Shown: piece after piece, positions 18,114 through 34,435 of the stretch
Layout of the letters: each line of letters begins with the position of its first letter
How positions within the stretch are numbered: the first letter of the stretch is position 1
Position numbers and translations under genes: made by a program
Notes under the pieces: model-generated
What the model was told of the DNA's origin: nothing
The model's input: the letters and a program-made list of their open reading frames with translations, nothing else
The model's database searches: none
Sequence record: MH791411.1
Length of the DNA: 64,000 nt
Direction: 5' to 3' (one strand)
DNA from: Escherichia phage Ecwhy_1

Positions 18114-19526
18114 TCAATCTTCAGTTTTTGGCGTGAAGTCAATCTTACGTAGTTCTTTCAACTCATCTTTATAGATGTTCCAAATCAAATCATGATTCGA
18201 CAGGAGATTGTTATATTCATCCATTAAATCCAAGTTATGTTGAATATCAGCTAGTACTGATTGATAATTGTCTTGGGTCCAACGATATGATGGGAAGTTT
18301 ACGATGCTTTGAATATTCTCATCGGTTGCTTCGATTTCAGTGTTTAATGATTTAACAAACTCAACCATTTCTGAACGGTTAGCAAAACCCTTAACCTTAG
18401 CAATCATATCATTATCAAAACATTCTTTGATTAGAATCTTATAACGCACTTCAGCAGCACAATCATCAAGTTTCTTCTCATAGCGTTTCACATAGTATTT
18501 GAAACGGAATTCAACAAAGTCCTTAATCAAATCCATTGTGTTATCATAGACTTTAACCTTACCATTCTCACCTAGAACAGTTAGAATTTGTGTCATTTTC
18601 TTATGAATACCAAAGTATTCAATTACGTCTTTTTCTACCCATTTGGCAGATGTACCGCGTGGTAGTTTGATTGTGATATCAATAACATCAGTACTATCAT
18701 TATCATAATCACGAATATCACCATCATCGCTCATCTTAATGAGTTTCTCGATGAATTTCTCAATACTGTAGTTTGGTGGTAGACCTGTCACTTTAACAGT
18801 ACTGGCATCAATTACTTGTGCTTTACCATAGAACTCATATTTGTTTTCATCAAGCTTAGTTACGATATCACTTGCACCACATGAAACATAGTATGGAGTC
18901 ATTTCTTTTAATGGTTTTTTATCAATAGCACGAATACAGTTATCAATAACATCTTCAATCTTATGTGGTAGAATTGTACTCTTATAACCTACTGACATAC
19001 TATCGTTACCAAACAAAGATAGTGGGATGATAGGTAAAAAGAAACTTGGTTCCATTGTAGTACCATCATAGTTCTCTTTCATTGGAATAATGTCAGCGTC
19101 ACGTAGCACTAACATTTCAGTACTTTTATTCTTTTTAACATAAGTATAACGAGCAGAAGCTGGAGTACTGTTTACTTGTGTACCAAAACCACCACGTTTA
19201 CCAATGAGTGGGTAGTTGTTTACTACTGGTGATGCTAAGTTCTGGAGAGTTCCAGATGCAGATGTATCACCGTGTAGATAGATACCATCACTAATCATTT
19301 TACCAGCACATGATACAGTTTTGATTTCACCACTAACTTTTGAGAGGGTGAAGATTGCTTTACGTTGTGAACTCTTAAGGCCATCAATCCCAGGGATTGC
19401 ACGGTCTAGTGTGTACATTGAATATTCTAGTGATGTGGTATTCACATAATCAGAACTGTTATAATCTAGTAGAGTTAGTGTTTGGTTATCGATGCTTTGA
19501 TTTTCGGTTTTTTTACTTTTAGCCAT
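18114..19526 (-). CDS. 52: DNA topoisomerase II medium subunit (GyrA-like N-terminal domain), gp52-like
   Basis: YSMYTLDRAIPGIDGLKSSQRK...ARYTY pattern matching T4 gp52 / GyrA as recalled from memory. Confidence 0.8.
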   Translation of the reverse strand: MAKSKKTENQSIDNQTLTLLDYNSSDYVNTTSLEYSMYTLDRAIPGIDGLKSSQRKAIFTLSKVSGEIKTVSCAGKMISDGIYLHGDTSASGTLQNLASPVVNNYPLIGKRGGFGTQVNSTPASARYTYVKKNKSTEMLVLRDADIIPMKENYDGTTMEPSFFLPIIPLSLFGNDSMSVGYKSTILPHKIEDVIDNCIRAIDKKPLKEMTPYYVSCGASDIVTKLDENKYEFYGKAQVIDASTVKVTGLPPNYSIEKFIEKLIKMSDDGDIRDYDNDSTDVIDITIKLPRGTSAKWVEKDVIEYFGIHKKMTQILTVLGENGKVKVYDNTMDLIKDFVEFRFKYYVKRYEKKLDDCAAEVRYKILIKECFDNDMIAKVKGFANRSEMVEFVKSLNTEIEATDENIQSIVNFPSYRWTQDNYQSVLADIQHNLDLMDEYNNLLSNHDLIWNIYKDELKELRKIDFTPKTED

Positions 19527-19540
19527 TCCATTGTCTCTTT

Positions 19541-19565
19541 GTAAAAGGGGAACACCATGTTCCCC
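19541..19565 (-). terminator. intrinsic terminator (GGGGAAC/GTTCCCC hairpin + UUUU)
   Basis: minus-strand AAUGGGGAACAUGGUGUUCCCCUUUUAC right after the gp39 stop; near-identical hairpin at 63227-63245. Confidence 0.55.
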
Positions 19566-19576
19566 ATTAATCTATA

Positions 19577-21541
19577 TTATTCCATCCAGTTCTTACGATC
19601 ATCAGCACGTTTCTTGTTGAAAATCAAATCAAGAGTTTCACCAAGACGACCATCATCTGTAATCGCTACTGCAACACTGTTAGTGAATGCATCACGGAAG
19701 TTTGCTTTTTCTAACGTACCCAATCCTTTCGCACGGGTTGCTTTCCAACCTTTCCAATCATCTGGGTTGTATTCATGTACATCATGACCATAGTAGTACT
19801 TGGATTCCTTACCTTTCTCTAGAATGATGAATGGTGTTTTGAATATATACACAAATGGATTCTCTGGGTCTTGGAATAGTTCAGGCCAGAATTTGTATAG
19901 GAAGTTACATACTAAAGCACCAATGTTCTTTCCATCCTCATCTTCATCGGCACAGATATAAAGCTTACCATAGTTAAGGTCTGCTCTTTCCGCTTTTACA
20001 CCAGGAATCAGGTTGATACTCGCCATTATATCATGCAATGCCATTGAATCCATTAATTCTTTGGTTTTCTCATTACCACTGACGTTCATAATCTTACCAC
20101 GCAATGGTAGAATACCATGAACTTTAGGATCACGAGCACTTGCCATGTTGGAAATAGCAGAATCACCCTCAGCAATTAGTAGGATGCAGGTGGAACGATC
20201 TGTGCCAGTACTGTCAAGTAGTTTTGCAACTTTACCTTTCAGTAGTTTTTTAGCTAGACGGCGATCTTCTTCTGCATCTTTCTTGTTGGTACGAGCAGCA
20301 CAGCGTTCAAAAATTTCATCAATCCACTCTTTGTTCTTCTTGACTAATTCATCGAACCATTCAGAATTCATCGCTTGTTGAATTGGACGAATAACGTTTT
20401 CGTTAGTTAGTTTTGATTTAATCTGTGAGTTGAATGATGGTGCTTTCATCGTTGTTACGTTATAAATCAACAGACCTTCTTCAATATCAGAGCGGTTAGG
20501 TTTCATCTTGCGTTTCTTTGATTCTTTCTCTAGAGCAGTTCCTACTCCTAATGAGAAGAATTTCTTGAATGTATCAAGATGTGTACCACCATCAAATGCT
20601 GGGGCATTGTTAACCAAACCATGCATATGGAAGTTAGTGTTCATACCCGATACTGCATTAGGAACAATGTAGAAAGTACTGTTAAAGTTGAATGATTCAT
20701 CTTTAACGTTCAATTGCATCAGTTTAGATGCGTTGAATAGTGCTTTTTCAGTAGTTCCTTTAATTGCAATACGCTTACCGTTAAGGAAAATCTTATAGGT
20801 AGGGTTAGCAGCAGACATTTCTTTCAAAATACTGTATAACAATTCGGTTGGCAGTTTACGGTTAGGAAATACCTCAGAACTCAGAGTGAAGCGAATTGTT
20901 GTTCCAGTCTTATCTGCTTGAACCTTACGAATAGTTGGTTCATGTACATGAAGTTCAGGAAACATAATAGTTCCTTCTTCGAACTTCTGATTGAACTTAT
21001 AAAAACCGTCATATCCGTCATTGCTACTTTGTGTTTTATACGGGCGACCTTGGCGATGGATTTCAAGTTCAGCTTTAGAACTTACAATCATTGCAACTGA
21101 ACCGCCCAATCCATTCTGACCGATTGTTTCATCACGCTTCGAGTCATCAAAGTTGCGACCAGTTTTAGTTTCAGTCATTACCATTGTACATAGATTTTTC
21201 TGATACTCAGGAACATAGTCAATTGGAATACCACGACCATTATCACTGATCTCAAAGGATAACTCTTCTTCATTGAAATCAACTTTGAGTACTGGCTCTT
21301 TTGTTCCAGCTTTTTTAAATTCATCTAAGCTGTTATCGATAATTTCACGAGTAGCAGTTAGAATTGCAGGAACCCACTCAACGTTTTTAACTTCATATCC
21401 AGACTCACCAAAGATCAGTACTTGACTTTCGTGAACAGAACGTGAACCCAGATACATCTCAGTACGTAAGCGAGCATGTTGATAATCGTTTAGACGTTGT
21501 ACATCATGTTCCTGAAGAACAGCACTTTCTTTCTTAGCCAT
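19577..21541 (-). CDS. 39: DNA topoisomerase II large subunit (GyrB-like), gp39 with gp60-equivalent C-terminus fused
   Basis: GHKL ATPase motifs (EIIDNSLDE, DNGRGIP, GLGG) then Toprim region; 654 aa, about the combined length of T4 gp39 + gp60 as recalled from memory. Confidence 0.85.
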   Translation of the reverse strand: MAKKESAVLQEHDVQRLNDYQHARLRTEMYLGSRSVHESQVLIFGESGYEVKNVEWVPAILTATREIIDNSLDEFKKAGTKEPVLKVDFNEEELSFEISDNGRGIPIDYVPEYQKNLCTMVMTETKTGRNFDDSKRDETIGQNGLGGSVAMIVSSKAELEIHRQGRPYKTQSSNDGYDGFYKFNQKFEEGTIMFPELHVHEPTIRKVQADKTGTTIRFTLSSEVFPNRKLPTELLYSILKEMSAANPTYKIFLNGKRIAIKGTTEKALFNASKLMQLNVKDESFNFNSTFYIVPNAVSGMNTNFHMHGLVNNAPAFDGGTHLDTFKKFFSLGVGTALEKESKKRKMKPNRSDIEEGLLIYNVTTMKAPSFNSQIKSKLTNENVIRPIQQAMNSEWFDELVKKNKEWIDEIFERCAARTNKKDAEEDRRLAKKLLKGKVAKLLDSTGTDRSTCILLIAEGDSAISNMASARDPKVHGILPLRGKIMNVSGNEKTKELMDSMALHDIMASINLIPGVKAERADLNYGKLYICADEDEDGKNIGALVCNFLYKFWPELFQDPENPFVYIFKTPFIILEKGKESKYYYGHDVHEYNPDDWKGWKATRAKGLGTLEKANFRDAFTNSVAVAITDDGRLGETLDLIFNKKRADDRKNWME

Positions 21542-21640
21542 TTGAATTCCTTTTTAATGTCTCTTTGTCATGCAACATTGTATCATCAATGCTTTGTTTG
21601 TCTCAAAAAAATATCGGGACATTAAATGCCCCGACAATTA

Positions 21641-22434
21641 TTATTTTACCAGAAGTAATTGTAATTCAGCACTAGGACTAAATTCATCATCACTCCAGTA
21701 CTTATGAACCTTCTCTGGACTAGCCTTAGCCAATACTTCACCACCACCCACAATGTAGACTTGGTGTGAACCAATCAATCGGGTCCAGAATTTAATTGCA
21801 TCATCTGTGTGAAGACTGTCACTTAGTACTTTAATACCATGAGAAACCATATCCATAAAGATATTATAGATGATACCTTTAGTACCAGTTTTAGAGGCCG
21901 TAGCGGAAATCTCAAACACTTGTGGTACACCAACCACTGCATCATTCGACAAATGTCCACTAACGATAGCAAGCTGTTTACCCGCTTTATCATAGGCAAT
22001 AAACCCAGTACCATTCTTATTCATAAACACATCATAATCTTTGTGTTCTGCGAACTTAACCATGTTGTGCTTACCTGTCATCTCAGCAGTTTTGTCAACG
22101 AACTCGTCACGGTCTTGGCCTTGGAAACTATCGAAACGTTGTGGCATTTCTTCCAATTTCTCTTTATGGTCTTCTTCACATGAATCCATTATATCACTAG
22201 TTCTGTCTTCTGTATCAGCTAATTCTGCATCTTGTACAATATCAACCAAACCACGCATACTAGATTCTTTTACTTTATTAGGGAGTTTTGAACCTTTCTT
22301 AAGATTTCCCTCTTTTTCATCGGCTGCATTCCACTCTTTTGCTGCACTTTGTGAAATCCCTGCTTTTTTGGCGAATTCAGGATTATGGGCAGCAGCAGCG
22401 AAGAATTTCGCTTGGCTTTTACTTTTACTTGGCA

Positions 22435-22435
<1 letters not shown>
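21641..22435 (-). CDS. hypothetical protein with DUF3008-like N-terminus
   Basis: N-terminal SKSQAKFFAAAAHNPEFAKKAGISQSAAKEW...GSKLPNKV resembles the DUF3008 signature as recalled from memory. Confidence 0.35.
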
Positions 22436-24578
<2,143 letters not shown>

Positions 24579-24615
24579 AGATATCTAATCTTGGAGTTTT
24601 TTAGGTTATATACTG

Positions 24616-25678
<1,063 letters not shown>

Positions 25679-25747
25679 GTAATAAAAGCTCCGATATGGT
25701 TTTAATGTTTAATTCGATAGTAATTATAGCTAAGAACTAATGTTCTG

Positions 25748-25942
25748 TCAAGCACTATCATTATGTTTTTTAATTGCTTCACAGATTGCTTGAACTTGCA
25801 CTAGATAAGTTTTAGCAAACTCTGCTTGAGTACGCACGCGTGGATTTGGTGCATCTTTGATCATAAGTTCTAAGTCATAAACTACTTTATCGAAAACACC
25901 CTTGTCTTCAATAATACGATCATAAAAGGTTTTGTCAGTCAT
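25748..25942 (-). CDS. hypothetical protein (64 aa)
   Basis: ORF track. Confidence 0.35.
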   Translation of the reverse strand: MTDKTFYDRIIEDKGVFDKVVYDLELMIKDAPNPRVRTQAEFAKTYLVQVQAICEAIKKHNDSA

Positions 25943-25965
25943 GTCAAGAACTCCATGTGGTTAAA

Positions 25966-26556
25966 TTATAATTTTACGTAAGAAACTACAGAAGCATCAG
26001 TAATAGAAGGTACGTTTAGGTACACATTCTCGTACTCAATGAAATCAACAGTGGTGGTAGATAGTGCATCTTTATCACGTTGGATTGTTTTCTGTACAGA
26101 AATTTCTTCATTCTCAATTGCGTTAGTACCGTCACCTTTTAGGGATTCGTTTAGCAACTCTTGAATAACTTCTGCTGCTTTAGCAGTTTTAAGATCAACA
26201 GTGGTTAGTGCAGCTTGTTCTTCAACACTTAGAGTGCTTAGGAATGGCTCGTAGCTGATATAACCAACATTGATGGTTGCACCAGTTGGAATAGTTGCTG
26301 CTGTGCCTGGGGTAGCAAATTCAACAGTACAATACACTGGGACAGAATAAGTTGATAGTAGACGTGTAACCTGTAGGTAACGTAGTAGTGCTACAGACTT
26401 GTCAATTGTTTGTTGGTCGGTTGGTGCAGTTGTTGGGGAAGATGAATCATAATCTTCATACATATAATAAGGAATATTATCTAGATTTGTCCCTGCAACT
26501 TCAATTTTGAATACTTGTAGTAAATTGTTCATTGTATATTCTTCTCCATAATACAA
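25966..26556 (-). CDS. hypothetical protein (196 aa)
   Basis: ORF track. Confidence 0.45.
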   Translation of the reverse strand: MYYGEEYTMNNLLQVFKIEVAGTNLDNIPYYMYEDYDSSSPTTAPTDQQTIDKSVALLRYLQVTRLLSTYSVPVYCTVEFATPGTAATIPTGATINVGYISYEPFLSTLSVEEQAALTTVDLKTAKAAEVIQELLNESLKGDGTNAIENEEISVQKTIQRDKDALSTTTVDFIEYENVYLNVPSITDASVVSYVKL

Positions 26557-26615
26557 AACACTTTTGATTATTTATTGTTAAGAATCAAAATTATTTGTGT
26601 ATATCATTTAGTCTA

Positions 26616-27959
26616 TTAGAATCGTGCATTCTGACGCAACATAACATTGTAACGCGGTCGTGTCATAGCAGTGTATAGGATTCTGCATTTTGTATCGTTA
26701 GTTCCGATACGCTCAATAAAATCAGTATCAAACCAGATGTTATCGAATGTACTTCCTTGTGATTTGTGAACAGTTGTTGCATAAGGATAATTGATAATAT
26801 GTAATTTGTTTTTAATCACATAGTAATCTTGCCACATATATGGTTTCTTTGTCAATGGGTTGATTTCTTTTTTCTCAATGTTTTTAACTAGTTCATCGAG
26901 TTTAGCTTCCATTGCAATTCTCGTTTCTGGTCCTACACCTAAGATGTAGCTACCATTTGGTAAACGGAATTGCCAACAATCAATACCCATGAAACTTTCG
27001 GTTTTCACATCAGGACATTGGATGATTTGCTGAACCACATATGGACTGTTCTCAGTGATGCTTTCAAAGACAATCGGTTCACCTTTTGTGAATTCCTCTG
27101 GTACTTCAAACAATTGGCTACGAATGTAGATGTTAGCCAAGTTCACACGGTAGTTGGTGTATGCCAAGATTTTATTTTCATTAACAAAATCAAATATCTT
27201 CTTAGCTGAACCTTTGTTCTCCATAATGAATTCACGGTAAACTTCCAAGAAAAGATCTTCATCTTCAATTGGTGTAATAGTACTCAAACCATGTGTCTGG
27301 TGCATAATATCAAACGGGTTCTTGGATGTACCTATGCACTCACGAATTGCAGTTGCAATTGCAAGTATAGGGTTATCCAACGCTTGACGTAAAACTTCTG
27401 TTAATTCATATTGTACTGGAACATCAAAAGTAGGGGAAAGCTTAGTTTCTCCTATTGTTCCTTCTGATTCAACTGGAGGCAACTGACAGCGATCACCGAT
27501 GAATAAAACCGCTCGGCGAACACGCCACAATTGATCCTGAATGTGTTGAAACAGTTCTTCTGAAATCATACTACATTCATCGACAATTAGAATATCAACA
27601 TTAGTATTACTAACTTTACTTTGTGGGTCATGCTTCAGTACTTGACGATTCTTTTCATATACTAGTTTTAAACCTAGAAATGAGTGAATAGTACTAACCT
27701 GTGCATCTTCTTTAGTTAACCCAGCATTGTTGATTAGCATATTGCGAATAACAGAGTTTGCCTTGTGTGTTGGCGATGTTACTGCAATATTGTAATTTTT
27801 ACATAGTGCTTTAACAATCTCAGCAGTAGTGAAAGTTTTACCTGTACCCGCTGGTGCTGACAGTACAGATATAGTTTTACCTGCATAATTATAAACACGA
27901 TCTACAAAATTATCAAAAATTTCTTGTTGCTTATCCGTAAGCTTGATTTTACTCATCAT
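26616..27959 (-). CDS. dda: Dda-like SF1 DNA helicase
   Basis: Walker A APAGTGKTF, ...STIHSFLG..., DECSM (Walker B), length and motif order as in T4 Dda. Confidence 0.8.
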   Translation of the reverse strand: MMSKIKLTDKQQEIFDNFVDRVYNYAGKTISVLSAPAGTGKTFTTAEIVKALCKNYNIAVTSPTHKANSVIRNMLINNAGLTKEDAQVSTIHSFLGLKLVYEKNRQVLKHDPQSKVSNTNVDILIVDECSMISEELFQHIQDQLWRVRRAVLFIGDRCQLPPVESEGTIGETKLSPTFDVPVQYELTEVLRQALDNPILAIATAIRECIGTSKNPFDIMHQTHGLSTITPIEDEDLFLEVYREFIMENKGSAKKIFDFVNENKILAYTNYRVNLANIYIRSQLFEVPEEFTKGEPIVFESITENSPYVVQQIIQCPDVKTESFMGIDCWQFRLPNGSYILGVGPETRIAMEAKLDELVKNIEKKEINPLTKKPYMWQDYYVIKNKLHIINYPYATTVHKSQGSTFDNIWFDTDFIERIGTNDTKCRILYTAMTRPRYNVMLRQNARF

Positions 27960-27981
27960 TCCCTCGACTGATTATTACACT

Positions 27982-29290
<1,309 letters not shown>

Positions 29291-29367
29291 TTATTACTTT
29301 AACTCCATATAAACTATCAAAAAAACGTAAATTTGGGTAAATACTTTATAAAAATAACAATAAGATT

Positions 29368-32228
<2,861 letters not shown>

Positions 32229-32263
32229 TCATTATAGCACAGTTCTGGTGTTTGTCCTAAATT

Positions 32264-32458
32264 TTATTCGGTTGGTACAAACATGACAATGTGTGCCTGA
32301 ACGACTCTAGTACCATCTACCAGTACAAGACCATTGGGACAAACATCAGATACTGCACCAGTTACCTTAAATCCACCAGTTAGGTAGAAGTCATAGATAA
32401 CATTACGCTCAATTGTAAAAATATCACTCATATAAATTCCATAAGAAAAGGGATTCAT
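32264..32458 (-). CDS. hypothetical protein (64 aa)
   Basis: ORF track. Confidence 0.35.
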   Translation of the reverse strand: MNPFSYGIYMSDIFTIERNVIYDFYLTGGFKVTGAVSDVCPNGLVLVDGTRVVQAHIVMFVPTE

Positions 32459-32479
32459 AGAATCCCTGTTAGTTTTATT

Positions 32480-33604
32480 TTATAGTTTAAATGGCGAGAA
32501 TGTATCTCCTTGGATATCATTCACAATACCACCAATGATATAAGAACTGATTTCAGTTTCTTGTGGTGCTACCTGTACAGAACTACCACTTACCCAGTGT
32601 TCAGTCCACGGTAGTGGGTTACTCTTGGATACAGTATATGGACATTTGATACCAAGTGCAGTCATACGCTTAGAACCAATCCAGCGAACATACTGTTTAA
32701 GAATTTCAGAGTTCAATCCAATAATAGAACCATCTTTAAAGAGGAAATCTGCCCATGCTTCTTCTTGGCGAATAGCAGACATAAACATTTCCAGTACTTC
32801 ATCATAGCACTCTTCGGCAATTTTTACCATATCTGGATCTTCTTTCTTTAGAAGACGTAAAATCATTTGTGTTGCTGCGAGATGAAGGTTTTCATCACGA
32901 CAAATTAGACGAATAATCTTTGCATTACCTTCCATGAGGTTGTTCTCTGCAAATGCCCATGAACAAGCAAAACTAGCATAGAAACGAACACCTTCAAGAA
33001 TGTTAATACTATTCAAACATAACCATAGTTTTTTCTTTAGATCATACATATTAATTTCAATAGTTTTACCATTAACAGTATGAGTACCTTCACCTAATGC
33101 ACGATACAATGTTCCTAGTTCATCAAGGTCATCATAGTATTTTGAAACATCAGCAGCACAATCAGTGATTTCTGGAATGTCCAACATAGTATCAAAAACT
33201 TCAGATGGATTAGGATAAATGTTACGAATAATATGTGTATATGATTTACTATGAATAGCACCTTCAAAGAACGCCCATGTTTCAATAAAGTTTTCAAGTT
33301 CAGGTAGAGATGCATATGGTAGTAGCATTAGATTAGGACCACGACCTTGAACTGAATCAAGAAGGATTTGACGTTTTAAGTTTGATGTAAAGATATGCTT
33401 CTCAGAATCATTGAGGTTAGCAAAATCAATTTTATCTTTAGATACGTCAACTTCACCTGGTGTCCAGAAGAAACTTTTCTGTTGTTCAGTTAGTTTTTCA
33501 AGTGCAGAGTATTTGTTACTTTCAAAGCGTTGAATATCAACACTTTCATCAAAAAACATATTCTTTTCTAGGTGAGACTTCTCATTAATTTTGAAAACTG
33601 ACAT
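32480..33604 (-). CDS. nrdB: ribonucleotide reductase small subunit (class Ia NrdB)
   Basis: di-iron/tyrosyl radical subunit pattern (FFEGAIHSKSYTH..., EGVRFYASFA..., ENLHL). Confidence 0.9.
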   Translation of the reverse strand: MSVFKINEKSHLEKNMFFDESVDIQRFESNKYSALEKLTEQQKSFFWTPGEVDVSKDKIDFANLNDSEKHIFTSNLKRQILLDSVQGRGPNLMLLPYASLPELENFIETWAFFEGAIHSKSYTHIIRNIYPNPSEVFDTMLDIPEITDCAADVSKYYDDLDELGTLYRALGEGTHTVNGKTIEINMYDLKKKLWLCLNSINILEGVRFYASFACSWAFAENNLMEGNAKIIRLICRDENLHLAATQMILRLLKKEDPDMVKIAEECYDEVLEMFMSAIRQEEAWADFLFKDGSIIGLNSEILKQYVRWIGSKRMTALGIKCPYTVSKSNPLPWTEHWVSGSSVQVAPQETEISSYIIGGIVNDIQGDTFSPFKL

Positions 33605-33616
33605 ATATATATTCCT

Positions 33617-34390
33617 TTATGTATTAATTTTATGACCCAATTTATATGATAGCCAATGGATATCACTAATTCCTTCTTGTGAACCCAAGTGTAGTGTAAG
33701 TAGTTCATTCCATGTCAAAACTGTATTATTGTCAGGTGTATGAGCATTGTATCGAGCCATACCATCGGCACATGGGTCCAACGCGAGTATTTGATTACCC
33801 GTAATAGTTTTTGCTGGTGCTTCTAACCCCATCAATGAGCGTATATCATCCGATAGTATTTGAAATGCGGATACTGCTGCAACATTTAATGCAGTAATAT
33901 TATCTTTGATAAAATCAACCGTTAAAGTTTGATAATATGAAATATAGTTCTTATCAATATAATCCCATTTATCTTTAATGAAATCAAGTGTTAGTTTTTG
34001 GTATCTGGAAATTTCCGACATTACACCATCTCTAAATTCAACAAGGTCATTCCATTTGTCTTGAATAAAATCTTGTGTTAGTTTTTGATACTTAGCAACA
34101 GTATCCAGAAAGTTATCTTTGAAGTCATTCCATTTTTCCATAATCAATTCCATTGGCATGACTACATATTGTGCAATAACATTTTTATCAAACCACTCCC
34201 ACTTTTCTTTAAGAAAATCAGTTGTCATTGTTTGATATCGAGCTAACATATTAGGGTTCATTTTATCAAAATGTTTTTTTATAAAGTCTTGTGGGAGTTT
34301 TTGATAGCGAACAATCATATCCATATCAAGATCATCCCAAAATTCTTCTATGAATCCAATATCTATTGGACTACGATAGTCAACTTTCAT
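33617..34390 (-). CDS. tandem-repeat protein (six copies of a roughly 20-aa RYQxLTxDFIKDKW motif) between nrdA and nrdB
   Basis: RYQKLPQDFIKKHF / RYQTMTTDFLKEKW / QYVVMPMELIMEKW / KYQKLTQDFIQDKW / RYQKLTLDFIKDKW / YYQTLTVDFIKDNI. Confidence 0.5.
   Translation of the reverse strand: MKVDYRSPIDIGFIEEFWDDLDMDMIVRYQKLPQDFIKKHFDKMNPNMLARYQTMTTDFLKEKWEWFDKNVIAQYVVMPMELIMEKWNDFKDNFLDTVAKYQKLTQDFIQDKWNDLVEFRDGVMSEISRYQKLTLDFIKDKWDYIDKNYISYYQTLTVDFIKDNITALNVAAVSAFQILSDDIRSLMGLEAPAKTITGNQILALDPCADGMARYNAHTPDNNTVLTWNELLTLHLGSQEGISDIHWLSYKLGHKINT
33910..34310. repeat. imperfect coding tandem repeats, about 60 bp period, six copies
   Basis: periodic ttttgata / tttttggtatct / ttttgatacttagc / gtttgatatcgagc / tttttgatagcgaac motifs on the plus strand. 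Confidence 0.5.
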
Positions 34391-34400
34391 TATATCACTC

Positions 34401-34429
34401 CTATGAAATAAATCCCGCCGAAGCGGGAT
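34401..34429 (-). terminator. intrinsic terminator after nrdA (UCCCGC-UUCG-GCGGGA + U-rich)
   Basis: hairpin 34413-34428; minus-strand RNA continues UUUAUUUCAU. Confidence 0.5.
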
Positions 34430-34435
34430 CTTTAA

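Noticed and set aside
19577-21541. The fused gp39/gp60 topoisomerase subunit as a novel fusion
   Set aside because: A single-gene form of the large topoisomerase subunit is recalled as common in T4-like phages other than T4 itself; noted in the feature list but not considered novel.
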